A stretch of DNA of 64,000 nucleotides from Nitrososphaerota archaeon (GCA_041641305.1 JBEPYN010000001.1:480001-544000), one strand, 5' to 3'; counted from the stretch's first letter, positions 20,546 through 30,587 are shown. Notes: generated by a model from the letters alone, not told the origin. Made by a program: numbers and translations.

Positions 20546-21049
20546 GTGAAGGTTCCGGAAGAACGTTTGAAGATATTCTTCGAGATGGAGGAAAAATTCA
20601 GGCAGAAAGATGCAGAATATTTCAGGACTCTGCTGAAGAGCGATGACTTCGTTATCCGCGCACGGGCCACATGTATTTTGGCTGAGATAGGTGGCAGAGA
20701 CTATATACCGGATCTCGCAGAGGTTCTGCTTCACGATGACAACCCCATTGTACGTCACGAGGCGGCGTACAGTCTTGGGCAGCTTGGCTACCGCGAAGCT
20801 ATTCCCTACCTAGTCGAATCCATGAAAAAAGACCTGCATCCCATAGTCCGCCATGAGTCAGCCATAGCCCTTGGGGTAATAGGTAGAACAGACCCTGTCC
20901 CAGACCTGCTCGAGGCTTTGAAGGACGCGGCTCCCGAGGTGGTGGACTCTGCCATCATAGCGCTGAGCAACATAGAGTTCTGCAGAAGGCTTTTCACACA
21001 ACCAGTGGGCGATGAGGCGGCGGAGTTCGCCCGCAAAACAGGAGGCTGA
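20546..21049 (+). CDS. HEAT-repeat protein resembling one half of deoxyhypusine hydroxylase
   Basis: EZ-HEAT repeats with VRHEAAYSLGQ (H71-E72) and VRHESAIALG (H103-E104). Confidence 0.75.
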   Translation: MKVPEERLKIFFEMEEKFRQKDAEYFRTLLKSDDFVIRARATCILAEIGGRDYIPDLAEVLLHDDNPIVRHEAAYSLGQLGYREAIPYLVESMKKDLHPIVRHESAIALGVIGRTDPVPDLLEALKDAAPEVVDSAIIALSNIEFCRRLFTQPVGDEAAEFARKTGG

Positions 21050-21088
21050 AAAACGGGAGGATATATTAAGGTCGTATAGACGGTATAT

Positions 21089-21559
21089 GTGATGAGGTAT
21101 TCCCGTGTTGAAAAAGAATTTACCTTCAAGCTGAACGGTGAAGAGGTGAGGATTAGGGCGCCGCCGGGGTACACTCTTCTCGAGGTCCTGCGCCATGTTC
21201 TTCATTTGACAGGTACAAAGGATGGATGCAGCAGCGGCGACTGCGGAGCATGCACAGTATTGCTGGATGGCCGCGCTGTACATAGTTGTTTGACTCTTAT
21301 TTCTCAGGTTGAGGGGAGGGAGGTGACAACTGTCGAGGCTATTGATGAAAAGGTTGCGGAGGCCTATGCTCGGCATGGGGCGGTGCAGTGCGGATACTGT
21401 ACACCCGGGTTTGTGGTGGCCACGGCGTCTTTGCTAAACAAGATTCATAACCCTTCTACATCGGAAATAAGGGAGTGGCTGAGGGGCAACCTCTGCAGAT
21501 GCACCGGCTACGTCAAGATCGTGAAGGCTGTCGAGTCGCTGGCCGGTGAAGGCGGTTGA
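21089..21559 (+). CDS. Mo-hydroxylase small [2Fe-2S] subunit (CoxS/XdhC-like)
   Basis: GCSSGDCGAC, QCGYCTPG, NLCRCTGY. Confidence 0.95.
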   Translation: MMRYSRVEKEFTFKLNGEEVRIRAPPGYTLLEVLRHVLHLTGTKDGCSSGDCGACTVLLDGRAVHSCLTLISQVEGREVTTVEAIDEKVAEAYARHGAVQCGYCTPGFVVATASLLNKIHNPSTSEIREWLRGNLCRCTGYVKIVKAVESLAGEGG

Positions 21560-22428
21560 AATCCCTCAGCTACATCGAAGTCTTCACACCTAGGAACCTC
21601 GAGGAGGCGCTGGATCTTCTCGATAAACATAGAGGAGAGTTGGCTGTTTTGGCGGGCGGCACCGACCTCATAATCCAGCTGAGGAAATCCCAGCAACGGG
21701 CACCCAACCTGCTCAACATCTACATGCTCGACGAGCTCAGATACATCAAACTGGAAAACGGGTTAATCAAAATCGGGGCTCTCACAGACTTCGCGACGAT
21801 AACGGAGTCGCCGATTATCCAGAGGCATGCGACGGTTTTGGCCGAGGCGGCGGCCACCATAGGGTCTGTCCAGATACTGAACAAGGCCTCGATAGGAGGA
21901 AACATAGTAAACGCTTCACCTGCCGCAGACTCTCTACCGGCCCTCTACGTTCTCAACGCAACACTAACACTTAGAAGCAAGACGGAGACACGGAAAGTGG
22001 CTATCGAACAGTTCTACAAAGGATACAAGAAGCTCGACCTTCGGAGCGGCGAACTGTTAACAGAGGTCTCCTTCCCAGCCATAAAGCAAAACCAGGTGGG
22101 TATGTTTTTTAAACATGGGCTTAGGCAGGGGGATGCGATATCTGTTGTAAACGGCGCCATACTTCTCGATGTTTTGAACGGCTTTGTCAAAGACGCTAGA
22201 ATAGCGCTTGGAGCTGTTGCGCCGACAGTCGTACGTGCCACGGAATCTGAGAAAATCCTCATCGGCAAACGCCTTGATGAACAGGTTATCCGTGAAGCTT
22301 CACAAGCATGTCTCAGCTCCATTTCGCCGATAGATGATGTGAGAGGTTCCGCGGATTATAGGAAAGAGATGTGTGTCAACTATCTCTACATGACTCTTTG
22401 GCAAATCATGAGGATGGTGAATCCATGA
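21556..22428 (+). CDS. Mo-hydroxylase FAD subunit (CoxM/XdhB-like)
   Basis: LAGGTDL, IGSVQILNKASIGGN, DDVRGSADYR. Confidence 0.93.
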   Translation: MKSLSYIEVFTPRNLEEALDLLDKHRGELAVLAGGTDLIIQLRKSQQRAPNLLNIYMLDELRYIKLENGLIKIGALTDFATITESPIIQRHATVLAEAAATIGSVQILNKASIGGNIVNASPAADSLPALYVLNATLTLRSKTETRKVAIEQFYKGYKKLDLRSGELLTEVSFPAIKQNQVGMFFKHGLRQGDAISVVNGAILLDVLNGFVKDARIALGAVAPTVVRATESEKILIGKRLDEQVIREASQACLSSISPIDDVRGSADYRKEMCVNYLYMTLWQIMRMVNP

Positions 22429-24695
22429 ACCAGTCTGCTGCATGGGTTGGTAAAGAGGTTGTGAGGAGAGATGCGTTGGAGAAGGCGCGGGGGCTGACGA
22501 AATATGCCTCCGACATTTTTTTGGACAACATGCTCTGGGTGATGGCGTGTAGAAGCAAGTATCCTCACGCGGCGATAAAGCGGATAGATGTTTCAAACGC
22601 TTTGAGGAGCCCGGGGGTAGTGGCTGTTTTCACGCATCGTGACATACCCAACAACAGGTATGGCGTCTTCGTCAAAGACAGGCCCGTGCTCTGCGACGAT
22701 AGAGTGCGTTACATCGGAGACCCTGTAGCTCTGGTGGCGGCTGAGTCTAAGGAGGAGGCTGAGCAGGCTGTTGAGGAAATTGTTGTGGAGTATGAGCCGC
22801 TGCCGGTTGTCTCGGACCCTTTGGAAGCCATGAAGCCAGATGCATTCCCCATCCATGAAGGTGGAAACGTTTCGCGAAGCACTCGCATATCCTTCGGCAA
22901 CGTGGAGGAGGGTTTCATGGCCTCGAAGGTAGTCGTCGAAAACGAGTACCGCACCGCGCCGCAGATACATATGTTTCTCGAGACGGAGGCGGGCGTCTCC
23001 TACATAGATGAGAAGGGTGTGATAACTGTTGTTGCAGGCGGCCAGTCACCATACAGAGACCATCACGAGATTGTTTCCACGCTTCAGCTTCCCCCCGAGA
23101 AGGTGAGAGTTGTCATCCCCCATGTGGGCGGGGCCTTCGGTGGAAAAGACGATGTCTCGGTCCAGATTTATCTCGCGCTCGTGACTTGGAAAACGGGGAG
23201 ACCGGCCCGCTTCGTCTGGAACAGAGACGAGTCAACCATAGCGGGAACAAAGCGTCACGGCTCAATAGTCAGAATGAAGACAGGTGCTTCGGCGGATGGA
23301 AAACTTCTGGCAAACGACGTAGAAATCATCTACGACACAGGCGCCTACACCGCTCTCGGACACGCTGTCCTCGACGTCGCCATAGAGAACTGCAACGGCC
23401 CCTATAAAATACCTAACATAGACATCAAGGCATGGCTCGTATACACCAACAACATGGTCGCGTCTGCGTTCCGCGGGTTCGGCGCACCGCAGGTGATGTT
23501 CGCGATGGAGCAGCAGGTTGACCAGCTTGCACACGACCTTGGCCTGGACCCGATAGAGTTCAGGCTCCGCAACGCGTTGAGAAAAGGGGATGTTATGGTC
23601 TTCGGCAACAAGCTTGAAACCAGTGTGGGGATAGCGCAGTGTCTCGAAGCGGCGCGAAACCACCCAGTCTGGCGTAACAGAGACACGGTAAAGACTGAGC
23701 CTAGTCTGCCCTGGATTAGGAGAGGCGTAGGCGTTGCGGCTGCGATAAAGGGGTTCACGCTTGGAGCTTTGCCCGACAGGGGGAGCGTGGCTGTCGAGCT
23801 GCGGCTTGACGGAGGCATAACAGTAAAGGGTAGTTTTACAGAGATTGGGCAAGGCGTCATACAGGCAGTTGCTCAGCTGGCCGCCGAGCTCTTCAAAACC
23901 GACATAGAGAATGTGGAAGTTGTCTTTGCAGACACGGGCAAAACACCTGACACGAGCGTGACATCAGCGTCCCGGCAGCTATTTCTCGCAGGAAACGCGT
24001 TGAAAAAGGCGGCCGAGAACATGCTCAACCACATCCGAGAATTTCTGGCATCACAGTATGGACATAAAGTGACAGAGGCCCGGTTCGAGAACGGATGCGT
24101 TGTTGGACCTGGCTTCAGCCACTCGTTTAAGGAGATTGCGCAGATGCTTGAGGAGCATGGCCTCTCTAGAGAGGTTGTGGGTGTGTATGATGTTCCACGG
24201 GTCGAGCCTATTCCAGGTTCTCTTGAGATACCGCATCTATTCTACATGTTCGGCGCAACCCTGGCCCTTGTCGAGGTCAACATCTTGACAGGTGCTGTGA
24301 CCGTGCCCAAGCTCGTCAGCATAGCAGACGTAGGTAAAGTGGTCAACCCTCAGACTTTGACAGGTCAGCTGGAGGGGGCGGCGGCTCAGGGGCTTGGATT
24401 CGCACTCACCGAAGAGCCGAAGATAGACAAAGGCATATTGAAGACCACCAACCTCTCCACCTACCTCATCCCAAGCATAAAAGACGTCAACGAAATAGAC
24501 GTCATCCCGGTTGAGAGCCTCGAGGACGAGGGGCCATTCGGCGCCAAAGGCATAGGCGAGATAGGCATAATCTCAGTAGCACCCGCAATCGCCAACGCCA
24601 TATACGATGCCGTCGGAGTTCGCCCAAAATCTGCGCCCATGACACCTGAGAAGGTTTACTGGCTACTCAAGCAAGCCGGTATAACCGTTAAATAA
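22425..24695 (+). CDS. Xanthine dehydrogenase/aldehyde oxidoreductase-family molybdopterin subunit
   Basis: GGAFGGK, AFRGFG, IGQG, GQLEG, AKGIGE; start placed at ATG 22425 overlapping the stop of the FAD subunit. Confidence 0.92.
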   Translation: MNQSAAWVGKEVVRRDALEKARGLTKYASDIFLDNMLWVMACRSKYPHAAIKRIDVSNALRSPGVVAVFTHRDIPNNRYGVFVKDRPVLCDDRVRYIGDPVALVAAESKEEAEQAVEEIVVEYEPLPVVSDPLEAMKPDAFPIHEGGNVSRSTRISFGNVEEGFMASKVVVENEYRTAPQIHMFLETEAGVSYIDEKGVITVVAGGQSPYRDHHEIVSTLQLPPEKVRVVIPHVGGAFGGKDDVSVQIYLALVTWKTGRPARFVWNRDESTIAGTKRHGSIVRMKTGASADGKLLANDVEIIYDTGAYTALGHAVLDVAIENCNGPYKIPNIDIKAWLVYTNNMVASAFRGFGAPQVMFAMEQQVDQLAHDLGLDPIEFRLRNALRKGDVMVFGNKLETSVGIAQCLEAARNHPVWRNRDTVKTEPSLPWIRRGVGVAAAIKGFTLGALPDRGSVAVELRLDGGITVKGSFTEIGQGVIQAVAQLAAELFKTDIENVEVVFADTGKTPDTSVTSASRQLFLAGNALKKAAENMLNHIREFLASQYGHKVTEARFENGCVVGPGFSHSFKEIAQMLEEHGLSREVVGVYDVPRVEPIPGSLEIPHLFYMFGATLALVEVNILTGAVTVPKLVSIADVGKVVNPQTLTGQLEGAAAQGLGFALTEEPKIDKGILKTTNLSTYLIPSIKDVNEIDVIPVESLEDEGPFGAKGIGEIGIISVAPAIANAIYDAVGVRPKSAPMTPEKVYWLLKQAGITVK

Positions 24696-24791
24696 TCGGC
24701 GACCTTTCCGAAGACGTCGAAATTGAACGGAGAAGCTGCGGCGAAGATGTCTGCCTGGTTTTGTGGCTGAGTCTCTGCCGGGGGTGCTTAG

Positions 24792-26012
24792 TTGGGTAAA
24801 TATGTTGTCAAGCTTGGTGGGTCGGTTCTCGCCGATGAGGTGAGCATTGAGCGGGCTGCTTCTTGGATAAAGGGTCTCGTGGAGAAGGGTAATAGGGTGG
24901 TGGTCGTGGTCTCTGCTCTCAAGGGTGTTACGGATGAGCTTCTCCGCAGCGCCCAGAGGCTACATCCCGACGCGCCTCCGGAAATGCTTGACGAAATCTT
25001 GGCCATGGGTGAGAGAACGAGTGCGAGGCTCTTCATACTCGCTCTCAGGAGACAGGGTGTCGACAGCGTTTTGGTCGACCCCGCTTCACCCCACTGGCCC
25101 ATTATCACGAACAACCAGCATCTCGACGCCACACCCATCCTCGAAACATGCAGACAAAAAGTCTCAGAGGGCCTCGCCAAGCTCGTTGAACAGGGTAAAG
25201 TCCCCGTCGTATGCGGATACGTAGGTGTCACGGTCGACGGCAAAATCACAACCATGGGCCGCGGAGGCAGCGACACGACAGCCGTCGTGCTCGCCAATTG
25301 TCTCGACGCTGACGAGGTCATACTGGTAAAAGACGTTTCAGGAGTATATTCAACAGACCCGCGTAAAGATGCTGAGGCACAGGTGCTTGAAGTGTTGACA
25401 GCAGACGAGGTTTTCCGCCTAAGCAAAGGCGGCGCCAAAGTGATACACGCTAAAGCACTCCTCTACCTCCATCCACGGGGGAAAATAAGAATCGGCTCCC
25501 TTGACACTCTCGAAACAACAGGAACACTCATCCTCGGCTCAGACATCCCCCGGCTCAGCGTCGCCGTAGATGACACAAACGTCACCATGGTCACAATAAT
25601 CGGAGAATCGATGGGCGAACCCTCCAAGATAGCCGCCGCGGTCAAAGCCGTTGAAAGCGCTGGCGGAAAGCTCGCCGCAGCCTCGGTAGAAGAAGAATCG
25701 CTGATACTCTATCTCCGTGGGGACGGAGAGATAGTTGAGAAGCTTCACGACTACTTTGTCCAGAACAGGTTGGGAAAAGCTGTGAGCCACTTTCCCAACC
25801 TCAGTATGATAAAGATCTATGGGGCCATGCTTGAGCTTGTTCCCGGCGTTGTCTTCAAAGCTGTGCAGCCACTCGCCACACAAGGGGTTAACCTCTTCGG
25901 GGTTCTGACGATAAGCTCATCCATCCGCATCTTCGTCTCAACAAAGGATGTCGAAAAAGCTCTCCACCTAATCAAAAACAATCTATCCGAATACATGACC
26001 CCGGAGACATAA
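24792..26012 (+). CDS. lysC: Aspartate kinase with C-terminal ACT domains
   Basis: VKLGGS, VVSA, MGRGGSDTTA, KDVSGVYSTDP, GAKVIH. Confidence 0.9.
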   Translation: MGKYVVKLGGSVLADEVSIERAASWIKGLVEKGNRVVVVVSALKGVTDELLRSAQRLHPDAPPEMLDEILAMGERTSARLFILALRRQGVDSVLVDPASPHWPIITNNQHLDATPILETCRQKVSEGLAKLVEQGKVPVVCGYVGVTVDGKITTMGRGGSDTTAVVLANCLDADEVILVKDVSGVYSTDPRKDAEAQVLEVLTADEVFRLSKGGAKVIHAKALLYLHPRGKIRIGSLDTLETTGTLILGSDIPRLSVAVDDTNVTMVTIIGESMGEPSKIAAAVKAVESAGGKLAAASVEEESLILYLRGDGEIVEKLHDYFVQNRLGKAVSHFPNLSMIKIYGAMLELVPGVVFKAVQPLATQGVNLFGVLTISSSIRIFVSTKDVEKALHLIKNNLSEYMTPET

Positions 26013-26014
26013 GC

Positions 26015-26977
26015 CTACTCGAATTCCTCCAGAAGCGCCAGCACAAGCAGAGGCAGTGCAACCGTGGCATCCGTTTTCACGAAGACATGACGCCCCTTTG
26101 ACGAGATTTTATGCCATGTAATTGCTTCCTTTGGCCTCGCCCCGCTCAGGCTGCCGTCATATTCATCAGCCGTTGAGATGTAAACCGCTGTGTCAAGCCC
26201 CTCTCCACCGAACTGAGACCACCATAGAAGATGATGCTTCGATATTCCTCCACCAAGTATAAGCCCCGCTTTTCGGCGGCTACTCCACATCATCTCGTTG
26301 AGCAGGTCCTGGTCTCTTTCATACTGCAGCCTAATTCCCATACTTCTTCCACGAAGCCACATCTGATATCCAAAGGCGCCGTCAAAAATTCCCGGAACCA
26401 TGACGGGAACCCTGTGTCTATAACACCAGTAAAGCCATGAGTTTTCGGAGCCCAGCCTCTCCCCAACTCTCCACAAAACCTCATACACAGGAAGATCTGC
26501 TCCGGAGCCAAGCATGGTTACAAGGTCTGCGACCTCGCGCTCAACCACCAGACCATAGCTTGACTGGTCGATGTAGACGTTGCCGAGACGGTGGATGTTT
26601 TTCTCGGCCAACTCCCAGTCATCGGCGTCAAAGCTGCCAACCATGTACCGTGACCTTGTGCGGGCGATGTCGTGGTCCACGGCCCCGCACGTTGTAAACA
26701 CCAAGTCAAACCATTTTCTCCGCAGCATCTCCACAAGAACCCCGCGGAGACCTGTCGCCACGAGGTTGCCTGTAAAAGAGACCATCCTCAAACATTCTCG
26801 TTCGGATAACATGTCTCTGAGAAGCTGACATGCCTCAGCGAGATGAGCCCCCATGAACCCGCCCATCCTACCCATCATGCGCAGAAGCTCCGCCGCCGAA
26901 CACCCCTTCACCAGCTTCACATCCTCAACATACATAGATGTATCCGCTGAATCGCCGGCTATAAACCCGCGAAACAA
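26015..26977 (-). CDS. dys: Deoxyhypusine synthase
   Basis: SFTGNLVATG, HRLGNV, GGGISKHH, DGSLSGA..EAITWHK (catalytic Lys retained), DAT. Start may be the ATG at 26935. Confidence 0.92.
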   Translation of the reverse strand: MFRGFIAGDSADTSMYVEDVKLVKGCSAAELLRMMGRMGGFMGAHLAEACQLLRDMLSERECLRMVSFTGNLVATGLRGVLVEMLRRKWFDLVFTTCGAVDHDIARTRSRYMVGSFDADDWELAEKNIHRLGNVYIDQSSYGLVVEREVADLVTMLGSGADLPVYEVLWRVGERLGSENSWLYWCYRHRVPVMVPGIFDGAFGYQMWLRGRSMGIRLQYERDQDLLNEMMWSSRRKAGLILGGGISKHHLLWWSQFGGEGLDTAVYISTADEYDGSLSGARPKEAITWHKISSKGRHVFVKTDATVALPLLVLALLEEFE

Positions 26978-27007
26978 TTAAGAAACCCCAATCACACAAC
27001 CGTTTAC

Positions 27008-27250
27008 ATGACACTTGTAGGGATTTTTCTTGCTGTTGTGGGCGGCCTGCTGACTGCCGGCGGGTTCTGGCTATGCTGGGACGTTTACAAGACACAGCAA
27101 TACGAGGGAGGCGGAGCCGAGACCCCATTCCCACTCCCCTTTTTCTCAAAATATCTCAAACGCGACGCAGCCTTCGACCTCGGCGTCTCCATGGGCGTAT
27201 CCGGATACCTCCTAGGACTATTGGGCGTCCTCTTCTTCTGTCAAACATAA
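27008..27250 (+). CDS. Small two-TM membrane protein
   Basis: 80 aa with two hydrophobic helices; fills the intergenic gap. Confidence 0.55.
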   Translation: MTLVGIFLAVVGGLLTAGGFWLCWDVYKTQQYEGGGAETPFPLPFFSKYLKRDAAFDLGVSMGVSGYLLGLLGVLFFCQT

Positions 27251-27294
27251 AAGGTGGATAAATCAACAAAACCTAGGAAAATAGAGGAAAAGAA

Positions 27295-28548
27295 ATGGAG
27301 ATAACTTTTCTAGGAGGATGCCTAGAGGTTGGTAGGTCAGCGATACTAGTCAGCTACAAAAACACTAGGATTCTTCTCGACTATGGGGTCATGCTCAACG
27401 ACCATCCCGAGTTCCCTATGCCGGTCGAAACAAAGAAGCTCAACGCAATAATCCTTACTCACGCACATCTCGACCACTCAGGCGGAATCCCCATGCTCTA
27501 CATTAACAGAAACCCAAAACTCTACACAACATCTATGACGATAGACACTGCGACGCTTCTCGTAAAAGATTTCATAAAACTCTCCGGACAACATCTCCTC
27601 TTTGAACACCAAGAGCTGGAAAAAATGCTGCGAAACACGCGAACCGCATACTATCGTGAACCCTTCACAGTCGGCGACCTTGAAATAGAGCTAATAGACG
27701 CCGGCCACATTCCTGGAAGCGCCCAAATACTGGTGAACGGTGACAAAACGCTCGTTTACACAGGCGACTTCACAACTGTAAAAACGCGGATGCTTGACGG
27801 AGCTGACACAACAATAGGTGACGTGGACGCAGTAATAATAGAATCGACCTATGCACACGAGGATCATCAGCCGCGGCCTGAGCTGGAGAAAGACTTTGTC
27901 AAAGCCTGTCGTGAGGTGGTGGAAAATGGTGGAAGAGTCTTGGTGCCAGCTTTCTCCGTGGGCCGTTCGCAGGAGATACTTTGCATACTCGCCGCCCACA
28001 ACTTCCCCCACCCCATCTGGCTCGACGGCATGGCGAAGAAAGCACTAGAATCATATTTGTCGGATAAGAGGTTCGTGGACAACGCAGACATTCTCGAAAA
28101 AGCCAGCAGAAAAACACGTTTCGTAAAAGGACGCAGAGGAAGAGAGACAGCGCTCTCGGAGCCGGGTGTGATCGTGACACCTGCAGGCATGCTGAAGGGA
28201 GGCCCTGCTCTCTACTACGCACCGGAGATAGTTGAGGACGAGAAGTCGGCGATCTTCCTCGCAAGCTTCCAGATACCGGGGACACCTGGTGAAATTCTCC
28301 TCAACCAAGGGAGACTAGTAGTCGACGACCTGGACAAGCCAGCCAACTGCATCGTCAAACAGTTCAGGTTCTCTGGACACGCGGGCAGATCACAGCTACA
28401 CGACTACCTGAAAAAAATCGAGACAAACGCCAAAGTCTTCACGGTCCACGGCGAGCCTGAGATGTGCAAAACCCTCTCAACATGGGCCCAGCAAGAACTG
28501 GGGCTCGAAGCCACAGCCCCCCAAATCAACGAAACAGTCACCCTTTAG
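27295..28548 (+). CDS. Beta-CASP metallo-beta-lactamase ribonuclease (aCPSF2-like)
   Basis: EVGRS, THAHLDHSG, AGHIPGS, YTGD, ESTY, FSGHA, VHGE. Confidence 0.92.
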   Translation: MEITFLGGCLEVGRSAILVSYKNTRILLDYGVMLNDHPEFPMPVETKKLNAIILTHAHLDHSGGIPMLYINRNPKLYTTSMTIDTATLLVKDFIKLSGQHLLFEHQELEKMLRNTRTAYYREPFTVGDLEIELIDAGHIPGSAQILVNGDKTLVYTGDFTTVKTRMLDGADTTIGDVDAVIIESTYAHEDHQPRPELEKDFVKACREVVENGGRVLVPAFSVGRSQEILCILAAHNFPHPIWLDGMAKKALESYLSDKRFVDNADILEKASRKTRFVKGRRGRETALSEPGVIVTPAGMLKGGPALYYAPEIVEDEKSAIFLASFQIPGTPGEILLNQGRLVVDDLDKPANCIVKQFRFSGHAGRSQLHDYLKKIETNAKVFTVHGEPEMCKTLSTWAQQELGLEATAPQINETVTL

Positions 28549-28592
28549 CCAGAAAATCCTTTAAATAAATCGCCTACCACCAATACAAACGC

Positions 28593-28666
28593 GCGGCGGT
28601 CGTCTAGCCTGGTAGGACACCAGCCTGCCACGCTGGGAGTCGCGGGTTCAAATCCCGCCCGCCGCA
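28593..28666 (+). tRNA. tRNA-Gly(GCC)
   Basis: Acceptor GCGGCGG/CCGCCGC, anticodon arm CCAGC-CTGCCAC-GCTGG, T-loop GTTCAAATC; TTTAAATA about 30 bp upstream. Confidence 0.97.
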
Positions 28667-28685
28667 CGCAAACACTTTTGAGAAG

Positions 28686-30065
28686 GTGTTTTGTGGTTTG
28701 ACCGGTTTGAGGGCTTCGGCTGTTCTGCTATTGATAGGGTTATCGTTTTTGTTGGTTGCGGGTGTTGAGGGGTTGTCGCCGCCTCGGCTGATCGAGGTTG
28801 GGTTCAGCGGCACCGTTTCACGTGTCGACTCGGACGGCGCCTCGGTTGTTGCGTTGGCTTTCAGCGACAAAGATGTGCTGGGTCTATACTATGAGGAGAT
28901 TGGGTCGTATGTAGAGGTTGAGGTTGGGGCTCCTGTTGTGATGACTGTTTTTTCCAAGAACGTTGCTGCAGCACTTCTCCAAGGCGGTGAAAGAATCGCT
29001 CTAATCGACTTAGTTTCGAAAAAAGTTGACACCTTGGATTTGGAAGCTTCTGCCTCGGCACTGGCGGCTGACGAGACAGGTGTGTATGTTGTTTATCCAC
29101 GGATTGGACGTGTTGGGAAGCTCGACCCGACGTCGAGGCAGTTTGTGGCCAGTTGGGATATCCGTGTTGCCGATAATGTTAAAGGTGTGTCAGCCGCCGG
29201 CGGATTATTTTACGGTCTCTCCGAATCTCTTGATGAGCTTGTCATACTGGGAAACGGTGTATCACGTGTGAGACTGGATGGTTTAGGCTCGATTGTCAGA
29301 GCCTCTAAACAGGTGGTCTGGGTTGTCAGAAACGACGACACCATTCTACGGGTCGTCGGTTCATCGGTCACCTCGAGAACCGCCTTACCGAGAGCCACAT
29401 TCGTCACAGAGGCCGCTGCTATGGCTGATAAGCTTGTTTATGTAAGCATTTCTCGCAGGGTTGTTGGTGTCGTCGACCATACAGGTTTCAGAGAGAGTAG
29501 GCTAACTGAACAGGTTCCAGTCTCGGTGGCTGCATCAAGCGGTGGCCGGATATGGTTTCTCGACGGGCAGAGCAACAAGCTATACCTCTTGTTCGACTCG
29601 GTGCCTCCGGTAATTTTGGAAAAGAAGCTGGAAACCTCCGCCGACCGCTCGACAACTATCAGGGTCAGGGCCACTGACCCCGACAACGACCTTGACAAAG
29701 TCGTGATGCAGCTATACGAGTACCAGGGCACTTTCCCGCTTGACCCACGCACAATCTCCATGGATGTTGTGGAGGGGGTTTGGGTGGCTGTTTATCGCCC
29801 AGGCGAAGCAGTGACAAGGGCCGAGTTTTTCGTCAACGCAACAGACAAGGCGGGCAACAGCGTGTTCGAGAAAGTAGGTGAAGCCGACTACAGAAGCTCT
29901 CCGACAAGTGTCCAAGTAACGGTTATCCAAACCACTGCTCCACCGAACCAAGCCGCCGCACCCCTACTATTCGCTGAACTGCTCCTCCTCATCCCGCTAA
30001 TACTCGTAGCCACGTTGTTTGTCTTTGCGAGAAGAGGTAGACGAAAGAGACCTAAGAAGAGATAG
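28686..30065 (+). CDS. Secreted, membrane-anchored surface protein (probable beta-propeller plus Ig-like domain)
   Basis: Signal peptide, beta-rich repeats, C-terminal TM followed by basic tail RRGRRKRPKKR. Confidence 0.75.
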   Translation: MFCGLTGLRASAVLLLIGLSFLLVAGVEGLSPPRLIEVGFSGTVSRVDSDGASVVALAFSDKDVLGLYYEEIGSYVEVEVGAPVVMTVFSKNVAAALLQGGERIALIDLVSKKVDTLDLEASASALAADETGVYVVYPRIGRVGKLDPTSRQFVASWDIRVADNVKGVSAAGGLFYGLSESLDELVILGNGVSRVRLDGLGSIVRASKQVVWVVRNDDTILRVVGSSVTSRTALPRATFVTEAAAMADKLVYVSISRRVVGVVDHTGFRESRLTEQVPVSVAASSGGRIWFLDGQSNKLYLLFDSVPPVILEKKLETSADRSTTIRVRATDPDNDLDKVVMQLYEYQGTFPLDPRTISMDVVEGVWVAVYRPGEAVTRAEFFVNATDKAGNSVFEKVGEADYRSSPTSVQVTVIQTTAPPNQAAAPLLFAELLLLIPLILVATLFVFARRGRRKRPKKR

Positions 30066-30587
30066 GTCACGTGGCTTGTCTACATCAAAGGCCGTGCCCA
30101 ATTCATAGTATATCTTTGCTGAGGGGTTTTGACGCAGATGTTTGATCAAGCTGTTTGATCCGAAGCATGGGCGATATCCACCCCACATGCTGACGTATAC
30201 GATGTTTGTTCCACGGAGAGTTTTATCCGGGCAGACAACGTATTCGGCGCCTAATTCATGAATCGCCTTCAAGTTTGCGGCTGTTAACATAGGCAAGTCC
30301 GGCAAGATGATGAAGTAACTTGTGGGCCTCAGTGTTTTAATGGCGTGTTCTATAGCCTTGTTCAGCCCACGCCCCGGTTCCACTATCGCGTGTTTGCCCA
30401 GCTTATCTGCGAGGCTACTGTCCGAGGTCACCGCATAGGGCCGCAGACCAGCTTCTAGACATGTTTCCCACACATGGTCAAACATTTTTTCCGCGAGTCT
30501 TCTACGCTGGCTCGTCGAGAGAACAGACGATAACCTTGTCTTCGCTTCCGATAATTTCTTGATTGGCAGAATGGCTGCTTCTTTCAA
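29997..30587 (-). CDS. cofC: Phospholactate/PEP guanylyltransferase (F420 biosynthesis)
   Basis: ILPIKKLSEAKTRLS, GLNKAI, DLP, GTN, FGSNSL.KH, FDVD. Confidence 0.9.
   Translation of the reverse strand: MKEAAILPIKKLSEAKTRLSSVLSTSQRRRLAEKMFDHVWETCLEAGLRPYAVTSDSSLADKLGKHAIVEPGRGLNKAIEHAIKTLRPTSYFIILPDLPMLTAANLKAIHELGAEYVVCPDKTLRGTNIVYVSMWGGYRPCFGSNSLIKHLRQNPSAKIYYELGTAFDVDKPRDLSLLRSLSSTSSRKDKQRGYEY

Noticed and set aside
20471-20758. N-terminal extension of the Urm1-like ORF
   Set aside because: Overlaps the HEAT-repeat gene on the opposite strand; the ubiquitin fold begins at TTG 20470
21035-21049. C-terminal GG of the HEAT protein as a conjugation signal
   Set aside because: No ubiquitin fold; cannot be distinguished from chance without homologues
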